Shown in pieces: positions 56,374 through 64,000 of a stretch of DNA of 64,000 nt (the stretch's first letter is position 1; each line of letters begins with the position of its first letter). Both the position numbers and the translations under genes were made by a program. Below the pieces are notes generated by a model. The model saw only the letters and a program-made list of their open reading frames with translations, was not told the origin of the DNA and did not search any database. Origin of the DNA: Vicinamibacteria bacterium (GTDB lineage Bacteria; Acidobacteriota; Vicinamibacteria; Vicinamibacterales; UBA8438); assembly GCA_022820825.1 (NCBI GenBank), contig JAJEEU010000101.1, positions 38,682 through 102,681 of the forward strand, in the 5' to 3' direction.

Positions 56374-57399
56374 GTGAACGACACCTTCCTGCGCGCCTGC
56401 CGGCGCGAGCCGACCGACACCACGCCCGTCTGGTTCATGCGTCAGGCCGGCCGCTACATGGCGGAATACCGGGCCATCCGCGCGCACCATTCGCTGCTTG
56501 AAATCTGCCGGCAGCCGGAGCTGGCCGCGGAGGTCACGTTGCAGCCCGTCAACCGCATCGAGGTCGACGCCGCCATCCTGTTCTCGGACCTGCTGCTGCC
56601 GCTCGAGCCATTGGGCATACCGTTCGACTTCGTCAAGGGAGAGGGCCCCGCAATCGAGCGCCCCGTCCGCTGCGCCGCCGACGTGGGCCGGCTGCGGCCG
56701 TTCGAGCCGCGCGAGGAGCTGGAGCACGTCCTGCTGACGATACGGCTGGTGCGCCGCGAGCTGGAAGGCCGGGTGCCGCTGATCGGCTTCGCCGGCGCGC
56801 CGTTCACCCTGGCGTCGTACGCCATAGAGGGCGGCGCGTCGCGCGCCTTCGCACTGACCAAGGGCCTCATGTACAGCGAGCCGGAGGTGTGGCACGAGTT
56901 GTGCGAGCTGCTCGCCGACGTCGTCGCGGACTATCTCCTGGCGCAGATCGAGGCGGGCGCGCAGGCCGTGCAGCTCTTCGATTCCTGGGTCGGCGCACTC
57001 TCCGACCGTGACTACCGCGAGTTCGCCCTGCCGCATACGAAGCGGATCATGGACGCCGTGGCGGACGCGGGCGTACCGGTGATTCACTTCGGCACCGGCA
57101 CGGCCACCCTGCTGGAAGCGATGGCGGAGGCGGGCGGCGATGTGGTAGGCGTCGACTGGCGCGTGCCGCTCGACGAGGCCTGGGAGCGCATCGGCGCGGA
57201 CAGGGCCGTGCAGGGCAATCTCGATCCGACGCTGCTGCTGGGTCCGGTCCACCGGCTGCTCGACGGGGCCGATGCGGTGCTGCAGCAGGCCGGCGGACGT
57301 CCCGGACACATCTTCAATCTCGGGCACGGCATCCTGCCGGAGACACCGGTCGAGCACGTACAGGCGCTGGCCCGCTTCGTCCACGCCCGCAGTGCCTAG
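56374..57399 (+). CDS. hemE: uroporphyrinogen decarboxylase
   Basis: NDTFLRACRREPTDTTPVWFMRQAGRYMAEYR is the canonical HemE N-terminus (341 aa). The GTG start lies 7 nt after a TACTAT hexamer. Confidence 0.93.
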   Translation: MNDTFLRACRREPTDTTPVWFMRQAGRYMAEYRAIRAHHSLLEICRQPELAAEVTLQPVNRIEVDAAILFSDLLLPLEPLGIPFDFVKGEGPAIERPVRCAADVGRLRPFEPREELEHVLLTIRLVRRELEGRVPLIGFAGAPFTLASYAIEGGASRAFALTKGLMYSEPEVWHELCELLADVVADYLLAQIEAGAQAVQLFDSWVGALSDRDYREFALPHTKRIMDAVADAGVPVIHFGTGTATLLEAMAEAGGDVVGVDWRVPLDEAWERIGADRAVQGNLDPTLLLGPVHRLLDGADAVLQQAGGRPGHIFNLGHGILPETPVEHVQALARFVHARSA

Positions 57400-58780
57400 C
57401 CCTACCGTCGACGTCAGCGTAGCGGTCGTGGGCGGCGGCATCAGCGGACTGGCCGCCGCGTACGAGCTCCAGGCACGGAAAGTCCGGCACGTCGTGCTGG
57501 AGCGTGCGCCCCGCGTCGGGGGCGTGATCCGCACCGACCAGGTGGACGGATTCACCCTCGACGGCGGCCCCGACGCCCTCCTCGTGCAGAAACCGGCCGC
57601 CGTCGAGCTGTGCCGCGAGCTGGGCCTCGGCGACCGGCTCGTGCCGACGCTGCCGCCGCGCACCGCCTTCGTGCTGCGCGCGGGGCGGCTGCACCCGCTG
57701 CCGGCGCACTCGGTGCTGGGCATTCCCACCCGCGTCCGGCCGCTGGCGGCGACGCGGCTGCTCTCCGCGGCCGGCAGGATCCGCATGGCCGCGGACCTGG
57801 TGCTGCCGGCCGGCGCGCCGGGAGCGCGGGGCGACGAATCCGTAGCGTCGTTCTTCGCGCGCCGGTTCGGTCAGGAGACGGTCGACTACATCGCGGAGCC
57901 GCTGCTCGCGGGCATCCATGCCGGCCACGTCGAGCGGCTTTCCATCCGCGCCCTGTTCCCGCGGCTCGTCGAGGCCGAACGTACGCACGGCAGCATCATC
58001 CGTGCGCTGGCGGCGCGGCGGCGCCGGGCGCCGGCGCCCGGCGGCCCGTTCCGCTCGTTGCGGGGCGGCGTCGGGGAGCTGGTCATGGCGCTCGCCGGCA
58101 GGCTTGCGCCGGACGTCCTGCGCACCGGCGCCGGCGTGCGCGAAATCCGCGGTCGCGCTCCGTACCGGTTGCTGCTGGATACCGGCGCCAGCGTTACCGC
58201 CGGCCAGGTCGTGCTGGCGGTGCCCGGCCCCGCCGTCGCGGCACTGCTGCGCCCGCTCGACCCGGAGCTCGCCGAGCAGTGCGGCAGCATCCCGCACACC
58301 TCCACCGCCACCGTGGCGCTCGGCTATCCGCGCGATGCAATCGGCCACGATCTCCGCGGCACGGGATTCGTGGTGCCGCGCGTCGAACGCGGTGTGTCGG
58401 TGATGGCCGGGACGTGGGTCTCGTCGAAATGGCCCGGCCGCGCCCCGCCCGGACAGGCGCTGCTGCGCGGGTTCGTGGGCGGCGCGCGCGACGGCTCGGC
58501 GCTCGACCGCACCGACGCGGAACTGGTGGCTGCCGTGCACCGCGACTTCACGCAACTGCTCGACATCTCCGGGACGCCTTCACTCGCGCGCGTCTACCGC
58601 TGGCCCGGGCTGAATCCACAGTACGAGGTCGGCCACCTCGAGCGGCTGGCCGCCATCGACGCCGGTCTCGAGCGGCTTCCCGGCGTGCAGATCACCGGCG
58701 CCGGATTCCGCGGCGTCGGCATCCCCGACTGCATCGCCGCGGGCCGCGCCGCCGGCGCGGCCGCAAGTCGCGCGGCCTGA
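57392..58780 (+). CDS. hemY: protoporphyrinogen/coproporphyrinogen III oxidase (HemY/CgoX type, FAD)
   Basis: VAVVGGGISGLAAAYEL...GGVIRT...GFTLDGGPD are present, with a C-terminal FRGVGIPDCI. GTG at 57392 overlaps the hemE stop; the track ORF is over-extended. Confidence 0.85.
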   Translation: MPSPTVDVSVAVVGGGISGLAAAYELQARKVRHVVLERAPRVGGVIRTDQVDGFTLDGGPDALLVQKPAAVELCRELGLGDRLVPTLPPRTAFVLRAGRLHPLPAHSVLGIPTRVRPLAATRLLSAAGRIRMAADLVLPAGAPGARGDESVASFFARRFGQETVDYIAEPLLAGIHAGHVERLSIRALFPRLVEAERTHGSIIRALAARRRRAPAPGGPFRSLRGGVGELVMALAGRLAPDVLRTGAGVREIRGRAPYRLLLDTGASVTAGQVVLAVPGPAVAALLRPLDPELAEQCGSIPHTSTATVALGYPRDAIGHDLRGTGFVVPRVERGVSVMAGTWVSSKWPGRAPPGQALLRGFVGGARDGSALDRTDAELVAAVHRDFTQLLDISGTPSLARVYRWPGLNPQYEVGHLERLAAIDAGLERLPGVQITGAGFRGVGIPDCIAAGRAAGAAASRAA

Positions 58781-58859
58781 CCGGCACCGTGGTATATTGG
58801 CGTTTGCAAGGTTTTTGAATACCGGTTCTCATCACCCTCGATACACACAGGAGTCCCCC

Positions 58860-59501
58860 ATGACGCGCAAGAATCTCTCGTTCCTCACCCTGCTTTCCGG
58901 ACTGGTATTCCTGGTCGCATGCGGCGGCGGGATGCCGGAGGAAGCGGCTGAAGAACCGATGCCCGAGGCGGCGCCGGCCGAGCCGGAACCGGCTCCGGTG
59001 GCGTCGTCGACGCCGGAAATGGTGGGCGGCGGCAAGGCGATGGAAGTCCACCCCGGGCAGGGCGGCAGCCCGCACGTCCAGGTCGACTGGATGGTGAACG
59101 ACGCCAACATCTCCATCACCTACGGCCGCCCCTACCTCAGGGACCGCGTCGTCGGCGAGAGCGTCGAGCCGATGCCGACGGGCGTGTGGCGGCTGGGTGC
59201 GGACGAGGCGACCACGCTCGTCACCGACAAGGACCTGATGCTCGGCGACGCCCACATTCCCGCCGGCGAGTACACCCTCTGGGCCGGGAACATGGGCGGC
59301 GAGTTCCACCTGATCGTGAACGGCCAGACCGGCCAGTGGGGCACGCAGTACGACTCCGGCCAGGACGTGGCGCACATCACGATGGAGACCGGGGAGCTGG
59401 ATCCACCGGCCGACCAGTTGACCCTGTCGGTCACGAGCGACGCGTTCAGCTTCGACTGGGGTCAGATGACGGCGTCCGTGCCCCTCACGGTGCACGACTA
59501 G
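58860..59501 (+). CDS. DUF2911-like lipoprotein
   Basis: ATG at 58860 follows ACAGGAG. The lipobox is FLVACG. ITYGRPYLRDRVV...VWRLGADEATTL...LGDAHIPAGEYTLW resembles the DUF2911 pattern. Confidence 0.72.
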   Translation: MTRKNLSFLTLLSGLVFLVACGGGMPEEAAEEPMPEAAPAEPEPAPVASSTPEMVGGGKAMEVHPGQGGSPHVQVDWMVNDANISITYGRPYLRDRVVGESVEPMPTGVWRLGADEATTLVTDKDLMLGDAHIPAGEYTLWAGNMGGEFHLIVNGQTGQWGTQYDSGQDVAHITMETGELDPPADQLTLSVTSDAFSFDWGQMTASVPLTVHD

Positions 59502-59510
59502 CAGCGTTCC

Positions 59511-61628
59511 GTGACGACCCGCGCCGCGCTGGTACCGGTCTGGCGCGGGGCCGTGCTCGCCACCGCACTGGTGCTCGGCGCGCCGTCCCCGCAACTGCCC
59601 GCGCAGCGCGCATCCGGACCGGCAGTCGACGACGCGGCGCTCGCCGACGAACCGTCCGGCGCGCACTGGCTCGCATTCGGCCGCACCTACAGCGAGCAGC
59701 GGTTCAGCCCGCTCGCCCGGATCGACACGTCCACCGTGGGCAATCTTGCGGTGGACTGGTTTCTCGACCTGCCGGGCGAGCGGGGCCTCGTCTCCACTCC
59801 TCTCGTCGTTGATGGCGTCCTGTACTTCATCGGCAGCATGAACATCGTGCGCGCGGTGAATGCCGCGTCCGGCGCGCTGCTGTGGGAATACGACCCCGAG
59901 GTGGCCGTGCACGCCGGCCGCCGCATGCGCGCCGGCTGGGATCACAGCCGGGGCATCGCATTCTGGAACGACGCGGTCTACGTCGCCACGTGGGACGGCC
60001 GCCTGAACGCGGTCGACGCCGCCACCGGTCGCGAGCTGTGGAGCACCATGACGATCGAGCCGGAGGACAACTTCTACATCACCGGCGCGCCCAAGGTGTT
60101 CAAGGGCAAGGTGCTGGTGGGCAACGGCGGCACGGAGAACGGCGCGGCGCGCGGCTACGTGACGGCGTACGACGCGGAAACCGGCGAGCAGGCGTGGCGC
60201 TTCCACATCGTGCCGGGCAACCCCGCCGACGGGTTCGAGAACGAGGCGATGGCCATGGCGGCCGAGACCTGGACGGGCGAGTGGTGGAAGCATGGCGGCG
60301 GGGGCAACGCGTGGCACGGGTTCACCTACGATCCCGAGCTCGACACGCTGTACATCGGCACCGGCAACGGATCGCCCTGGAACCGGAAGATCCGCAGCCC
60401 GGGCGGCGGCGACAACCTCTTCCTCTGCTCCATAGTCGCGCTGGATCCCGACACCGGCGAGTACCGCTGGCACTACCAGACCACGCCGGGCGAGACGTGG
60501 GACTACAACTCCAACATGGACATCGTGCTGGCCGACCTGAACATCGACGGCCGCGCGGTGAAGGCGCTGATGCACGCGCCGAAGAACGGCTTCTTCTACG
60601 TGATCGACCGCGCGAACGGCGAGCTCGTCTCGGCCGCGCCGTTCACGGAGACCACCTGGGCGACGTCCGTCGACCCGGCGAGCGGGCGGCCGGTGGAGGT
60701 GCCGGGCGCACGCTACGAGAACGGCCCGGCCTTTGTTTCACCGGGTCCGATCGGCGGCCACAACTGGCATGCCATGTCGTACAACCCGGCCACCGGCCTG
60801 GCGTACTTCCCCGCCATACATCTCTCCTACCGCTTTTCCGACGAGAGCATCGATCTCGACGCCTGGCGTTCCCCGCTGCGCGGAACCGGCACGGGCGTCC
60901 GCACGACCCGGCTCGGCTCGTCGCGTCCGGACGGTGTGCTCGGATCATTGCAGGCCTGGGATCCGGTGCGCCAGCGGCGCGCATGGGAAGTCCCGCTGGA
61001 CGGCATGTGGCATGCGGGTACGTTGACGACGGCCGGCAACCTGGTGTTCCAGGGCAGCGCTACCGGCGAGCTCGCCGCCTACGACGCGGAAACCGGTGCG
61101 GTGCTCTGGCGCTTCCGCGTGGGATCCGGCATCTCCGCGCCGCCGATCACCTACGCCGTCGACGGCCGCCAGTACCTGGCGCTGCTGGTCGGCTGGGGCG
61201 GCGCCTACGCCGGCGTCGGCGGGCGGATCTCGGCGGACCAGGGCTGGGCCTACGGCGTGCATCCGCGGCGGCTGATCGCGTTCTCCCTGGAGGGCGCGGC
61301 CAGTCTGCCGCCATCGCCGCCGCCGCGCGTCCCGGCGCCTCTGGAGGCGCCGCACTTCGAGGTCGACGCCGGCCTGGCGCGGCAGGGCGCCCTGGAGTTC
61401 GGCGGCGTGTGCAGCTCGTGCCACGGCGGCGGAGCCGTATCGTCGGGCATGGCGCCCGACCTCAGGGCCTCGGGACTGGTCCTGTCGGCAGGCGCGTTCG
61501 CCAACATCGTGCGCGACGGACGCACCGAGCGGGGCATGCCCGACTACCCGGAGCTGACGGACCAGCAACTCACCGCGCTACGGCACTACATCCGCCAGCA
61601 GGCGGAACTCGAACTGGCCGGCCGCTAG
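59511..61628 (+). CDS. PQQ-dependent quinohemoprotein dehydrogenase (alcohol-dehydrogenase type II architecture)
   Basis: 705 aa with a signal peptide, an eight-bladed PQQ propeller pattern (W-docking repeats, ...ETWDYNSNMD...) and a C-terminal cytochrome c domain with CSSCHG. Confidence 0.88.
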   Translation: MTTRAALVPVWRGAVLATALVLGAPSPQLPAQRASGPAVDDAALADEPSGAHWLAFGRTYSEQRFSPLARIDTSTVGNLAVDWFLDLPGERGLVSTPLVVDGVLYFIGSMNIVRAVNAASGALLWEYDPEVAVHAGRRMRAGWDHSRGIAFWNDAVYVATWDGRLNAVDAATGRELWSTMTIEPEDNFYITGAPKVFKGKVLVGNGGTENGAARGYVTAYDAETGEQAWRFHIVPGNPADGFENEAMAMAAETWTGEWWKHGGGGNAWHGFTYDPELDTLYIGTGNGSPWNRKIRSPGGGDNLFLCSIVALDPDTGEYRWHYQTTPGETWDYNSNMDIVLADLNIDGRAVKALMHAPKNGFFYVIDRANGELVSAAPFTETTWATSVDPASGRPVEVPGARYENGPAFVSPGPIGGHNWHAMSYNPATGLAYFPAIHLSYRFSDESIDLDAWRSPLRGTGTGVRTTRLGSSRPDGVLGSLQAWDPVRQRRAWEVPLDGMWHAGTLTTAGNLVFQGSATGELAAYDAETGAVLWRFRVGSGISAPPITYAVDGRQYLALLVGWGGAYAGVGGRISADQGWAYGVHPRRLIAFSLEGAASLPPSPPPRVPAPLEAPHFEVDAGLARQGALEFGGVCSSCHGGGAVSSGMAPDLRASGLVLSAGAFANIVRDGRTERGMPDYPELTDQQLTALRHYIRQQAELELAGR

Positions 61629-61650
61629 GAACGGGACCGATCGGGACCCC

Positions 61651-62592
61651 CTACGGCGCGGCGGTGTTGCTCAGCGCAGCCCGGCCGGAGACGTGCCGCC
61701 CCAGGAACTCCTGGATGGCCGCATAGCTGCGCACCATTTCCTCCTGGCTGAAGCCGCCGTGACCGCCTCCCGGTATGGTGATCAGCCGGTTCGGCACGCC
61801 CTTCCCTTCCAGCCCTTCATGCAGCCGTATGGCCTGCGTGTGGGGAATTCGGGGATCCTCGTCGCCGTGGATCGTGATGATGGCCGGGAGCCCTTCACGC
61901 ACATAGGTCAATGGCGAGAGGAACTGCGCCAGCTCCCGGCGGTCGGGGTTGCTCCCGAACCAGCGCACCGTGCCCGGCCTGGAGTGCGGTCCTTCCAGGC
62001 GCTCCAGCACATCGGTGATGCCGTACCAGTTGACGATGCCGGCCACCTCGATCGGCGCGCCCGGACACTGCCGGTCGAGACCCGTCGAGCTCGGGATCAT
62101 GCCGGCGGCGAGCGCCAGGTGGCCGCCAGCGGAGTTGCCGGTCAGCACGAGCCGGCTCGTGTCGATGCCGTAGTCCTCGCCGTTCTCGATCACCCAGCGC
62201 ACTGCGCACAGGCAGTCCTCCACGGCCGCGGGGGCATGCGCCATGGGCGCCAGCCGGTACTCGACGTTGACGACGGCCCAGCCCATCTCCAGGTACGGCA
62301 GCAGCGTCAGGAAGCTCGCCTCCTTGCTGCCGAAAACGTGCGCGCCGCCATGGAAGTAGATGAACGCCGGATGCGGACCCTCGCTCCGTGGAACGTAGAC
62401 GTCCAGCTTGCCTTCCCACCCGTTGGCGGTGAGGTACGTGACATTCGGAACCGACCGGACCGTGCGGCCGACGCCGATCGCCCACTCCGCCGTTTCCGAC
62501 AACTGGGCGTGGGCGACCGGCGGGACCAGACCTGCGGCGAGGCCCGCAACAACGCTCACCGCCAGCAAACGACTCAGCCGGTTGGCAGCCAT
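61651..62592 (-). CDS. secreted alpha/beta hydrolase (esterase/lipase type)
   Basis: A signal peptide (MAANRLSRLLAVSVVAGLAAG...AHA), an oxyanion HGG (IYFHGGAH), a GNSAGGHLA nucleophile elbow and HGDEDPRIP are present. ATG at 62590-62592 with an AAAGGA RBS. Confidence 0.8.
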   Translation of the reverse strand: MAANRLSRLLAVSVVAGLAAGLVPPVAHAQLSETAEWAIGVGRTVRSVPNVTYLTANGWEGKLDVYVPRSEGPHPAFIYFHGGAHVFGSKEASFLTLLPYLEMGWAVVNVEYRLAPMAHAPAAVEDCLCAVRWVIENGEDYGIDTSRLVLTGNSAGGHLALAAGMIPSSTGLDRQCPGAPIEVAGIVNWYGITDVLERLEGPHSRPGTVRWFGSNPDRRELAQFLSPLTYVREGLPAIITIHGDEDPRIPHTQAIRLHEGLEGKGVPNRLITIPGGGHGGFSQEEMVRSYAAIQEFLGRHVSGRAALSNTAAP

Positions 62593-62715
62593 GGGATGTC
62601 CTTTCTCCATGCGCCCCATCATACGCCTCCCGGGGGCCGGCCGCCAGATCCGCGTCCGCGGGTCGGGACGCCGGGCATCTCGACGCTATAATCGGAACAG
62701 CGGAGGAGGTTGCCC

Positions 62716-63210
62716 GTGTTGAAGATGGTCCTGAAGATTGCCGCCGGCGCCGTTGCGCTCGCCTTGGCGTTCGGCTTCGGCTGGGTGGGCTCAAGCTTGA
62801 CGGGAATAGGCCGCGAAGCGCCCGTGGAGTCGCTGACGGATCTCGAACGCGACTTCGCCGCGCGGATGGAGAATGTCGTGCTGACCGGCCACTTCACCAT
62901 CGAAGGCGAGGAACGGCGCGACGGCGTTCCCGAGCGCTACGAGATCGCGCGGGCGACCAAGCTCGACGGCAACCTCTGGCGCTTCGAGGCGCGCGTCAAG
63001 TACGGCAACACGGACGTGACGCTGCCGATGGTGCTGCCCGTCGAGTGGGCCGGCGACACCCCGCTGGTCAGCATCACCGACTTCACGATTCCAGGCCTCG
63101 GCGACGAGTTCGGCGCGCGGGTGGTCTTCTACGACGAGCGCTACGCCGGCACCTGGGACCACGGGCCGTACGGCGGCATGATGTACGGCACCATCGCGCC
63201 GATGGACTGA
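62716..63210 (+). CDS. membrane-anchored hypothetical protein
   Basis: GGAGGAGG lies 6 nt upstream of the GTG at 62716, and TATAAT sits at 62687-62692. A single N-terminal TM helix is present. I recognise no family. Confidence 0.55.
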   Translation: MLKMVLKIAAGAVALALAFGFGWVGSSLTGIGREAPVESLTDLERDFAARMENVVLTGHFTIEGEERRDGVPERYEIARATKLDGNLWRFEARVKYGNTDVTLPMVLPVEWAGDTPLVSITDFTIPGLGDEFGARVVFYDERYAGTWDHGPYGGMMYGTIAPMD

Positions 63211-63222
63211 CCGCCGCCCGGC

Positions 63223-63238
63223 GCCTCCTTCCGGAGGC
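63223..63238. terminator. short GC hairpin between convergent genes (possible bidirectional terminator)
   Basis: GCCTCC-TTCC-GGAGGC has a 6-bp stem and lies between the stop at 63210 and the osmC stop at 63246. There is no clear U-tract. Confidence 0.25.
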
Positions 63239-63245
63239 CGGACTC

Positions 63246-63671
63246 CTACGACTCCAGAACGGCGTCCAGCGTGATCTCGGCGTTCAGCAGCTTCGAGATC
63301 GGGCAGCCCGCCTTCGCGTTGCCGGCCGCCGTATCGAACGCCGCCTGGTCCGCGCCCGGAACCCTGGCCGAGCAGTCGAGGTGCACCTTCGTAACGGCGA
63401 AGCCGCCCTCGACCTGCGCCAGCGTTACCGTCGCCGTCGTGCTCACGTGATCCGGCGTGAATCCGGCGCCACCGAGCTGCGCGGAAAGCGCCATCGAGAA
63501 GCAGCCCGCGTGCGCCGCGGCGATCAACTCCTCCGGATTCGTCCCCGGACGCCCCTCGAACCGCGTGGCGAACGTGTACGCCGCCGACGAGAGCACGCCG
63601 CTCGCGCTCGAGATCTCTCCGCTGCCGTCCTTGAGGCTGCCCTTCCAGACGGCGGATGCCTTGCTGTCCAT
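63246..63671 (-). CDS. osmC: OsmC-family peroxiredoxin
   Basis: 141 aa. AVWKGSLKDGSGEIS..., both conserved Cys residues (AAHAGCFSMAL, AKAGCPISKLL). ATG at 63669-63671 with a GAGAGGA RBS. Confidence 0.88.
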   Translation of the reverse strand: MDSKASAVWKGSLKDGSGEISSASGVLSSAAYTFATRFEGRPGTNPEELIAAAHAGCFSMALSAQLGGAGFTPDHVSTTATVTLAQVEGGFAVTKVHLDCSARVPGADQAAFDTAAGNAKAGCPISKLLNAEITLDAVLES

Positions 63672-63886
63672 GTTGCTGAATTCCTCTCGTTGACCGCCGG
63701 ACCCGGCCGGGGTCCCGCGCCGGCCGCTACCACCAGGACCGCGCCCGGCCGACCGGTGCCGGACGCGCGACAAACTCTAGATCGCCCGGCGGCGGCGTGG
63801 CAAATGCGGGCGACGGCGTTCGACGCGCCTGCGCGGCCCGGACCGCGGGAGCTGCGCTTCACCGGCGAGAGGCAGCCGTTGCGCCA

Positions 63887-63978
63887 GCAGCCCGTGGTGA
63901 AAGTCCCGCGTTGCACCGAGACCGTTCAGGCGGGATGCATGGACGGTCGAATGCAGCGGGACTTTTGCCACGGGCTGC
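63887..63978 (+). mobile_element. family B hairpin element, copy B3, 92-bp internally shortened variant
   Basis: GCAGCCCGTGGTGAAAGTCCCGCGTTGCACCGAG-ACCGT-TCAGGCGGGATGCATGG-ACGGT-CGAATGCAGCGGGACTTTTGCCACGGGCTGC. TA follows at 63979-80 and CA sits on the left. It lacks ~68 nt of the B1/B2 interior. Confidence 0.6.
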
Positions 63979-64000
63979 TATACTCGCGTGTTCGAGGTCC

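Noticed and set aside
58788-58818. A sigma-54-like TGG...TTGCA string (TGGTATATTGGCGTTTGCA) upstream of the DUF2911 gene.
   Set aside because: The GG-to-GC spacing is 15 or 7 nt, whereas the -24/-12 consensus needs about 12 nt. It is not a credible RpoN promoter.
58692-60575. A 627-aa minus-strand ORF, plus similar long ORFs at 1390-2973, 22224-23909, 12585-14591, 44664-46133 and elsewhere.
   Set aside because: All of them overlap, antisense or out of frame, genes with clear family signatures (PQQ dehydrogenase, holA/lptE, priA, fabG/fabD, nifS). All have R/A/G/P-dominated translations. They are GC-driven artefacts.
61629-61650. The CCGATCGG palindrome between the convergent PQQ dehydrogenase and esterase genes as a terminator.
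   Set aside because: It is an 8-bp perfect palindrome with no loop and no U-tract, too weak to call as a terminator.

Overview
This is a 64-kb, very GC-rich (by eye about 70%, not computed), densely packed core-genome segment of a Gram-negative-type bacterium. An Acidobacteria-type VWFA protein, leuS-lptE-holA synteny and an SLH/TPR lipoprotein point to Acidobacteriota or a neighbouring phylum; this is inference only. I can support 63 protein-coding genes and one tRNA-Pro(GGG).

Most genes are housekeeping and sit in long runs with 1-20 nt or 4-nt (ATGA/GTGA) stop/start overlaps:
- alaS, rpsT, holA-lptE-leuS
- an HDAC-like/DUF374/ETF-QO/etfAB block fused to yceD-rpmF-plsX-fabD-fabG-acpP-fabF
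- dgt-miaA, der, IHF/HU
- priA-udg-coaBC-gmk-yicC-msbA-like-galE-ugd, facing a divergent GT-GT-WbaP-like-uxs glycan locus
- pgsA, hflX, tsaC, glpX
- DUF62-methyltransferase-bactofilin, nifS-mnmA, trxB
- an amidase/DUF1343/dam/hypothetical operon
- hemE-hemY, a PQQ quinohemoprotein dehydrogenase, osmC

The ORF track prints GTG/TTG starts as M and always takes the longest ORF, so many starts were re-derived from homology-style N-termini and neighbouring stop codons.

I found no rRNA, CRISPR array, integrase, transposase, prophage or recognisable defence or toxin-antitoxin island, and I cannot honestly nominate a novel protein-based system.

The features the gene map does not explain are non-coding. 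Every intergenic gap longer than about 150 bp holds one of three structured elements:
- Family A: a dispersed four-hairpin repeat of about 120 bp at five loci.
- Family B: a hairpin element of 92-160 bp with terminal inverted repeats, at three loci, mostly TA-flanked and abutting stop codons.
- A unique perfect 20-bp inverted repeat that pairs the ETF-QO stop region with the RBS and start codon of the next gene.

Families A and B both show compensatory changes between copies. Several AT-rich -10 hexamers lie 7-11 nt from start codons, which suggests frequent leaderless transcripts.
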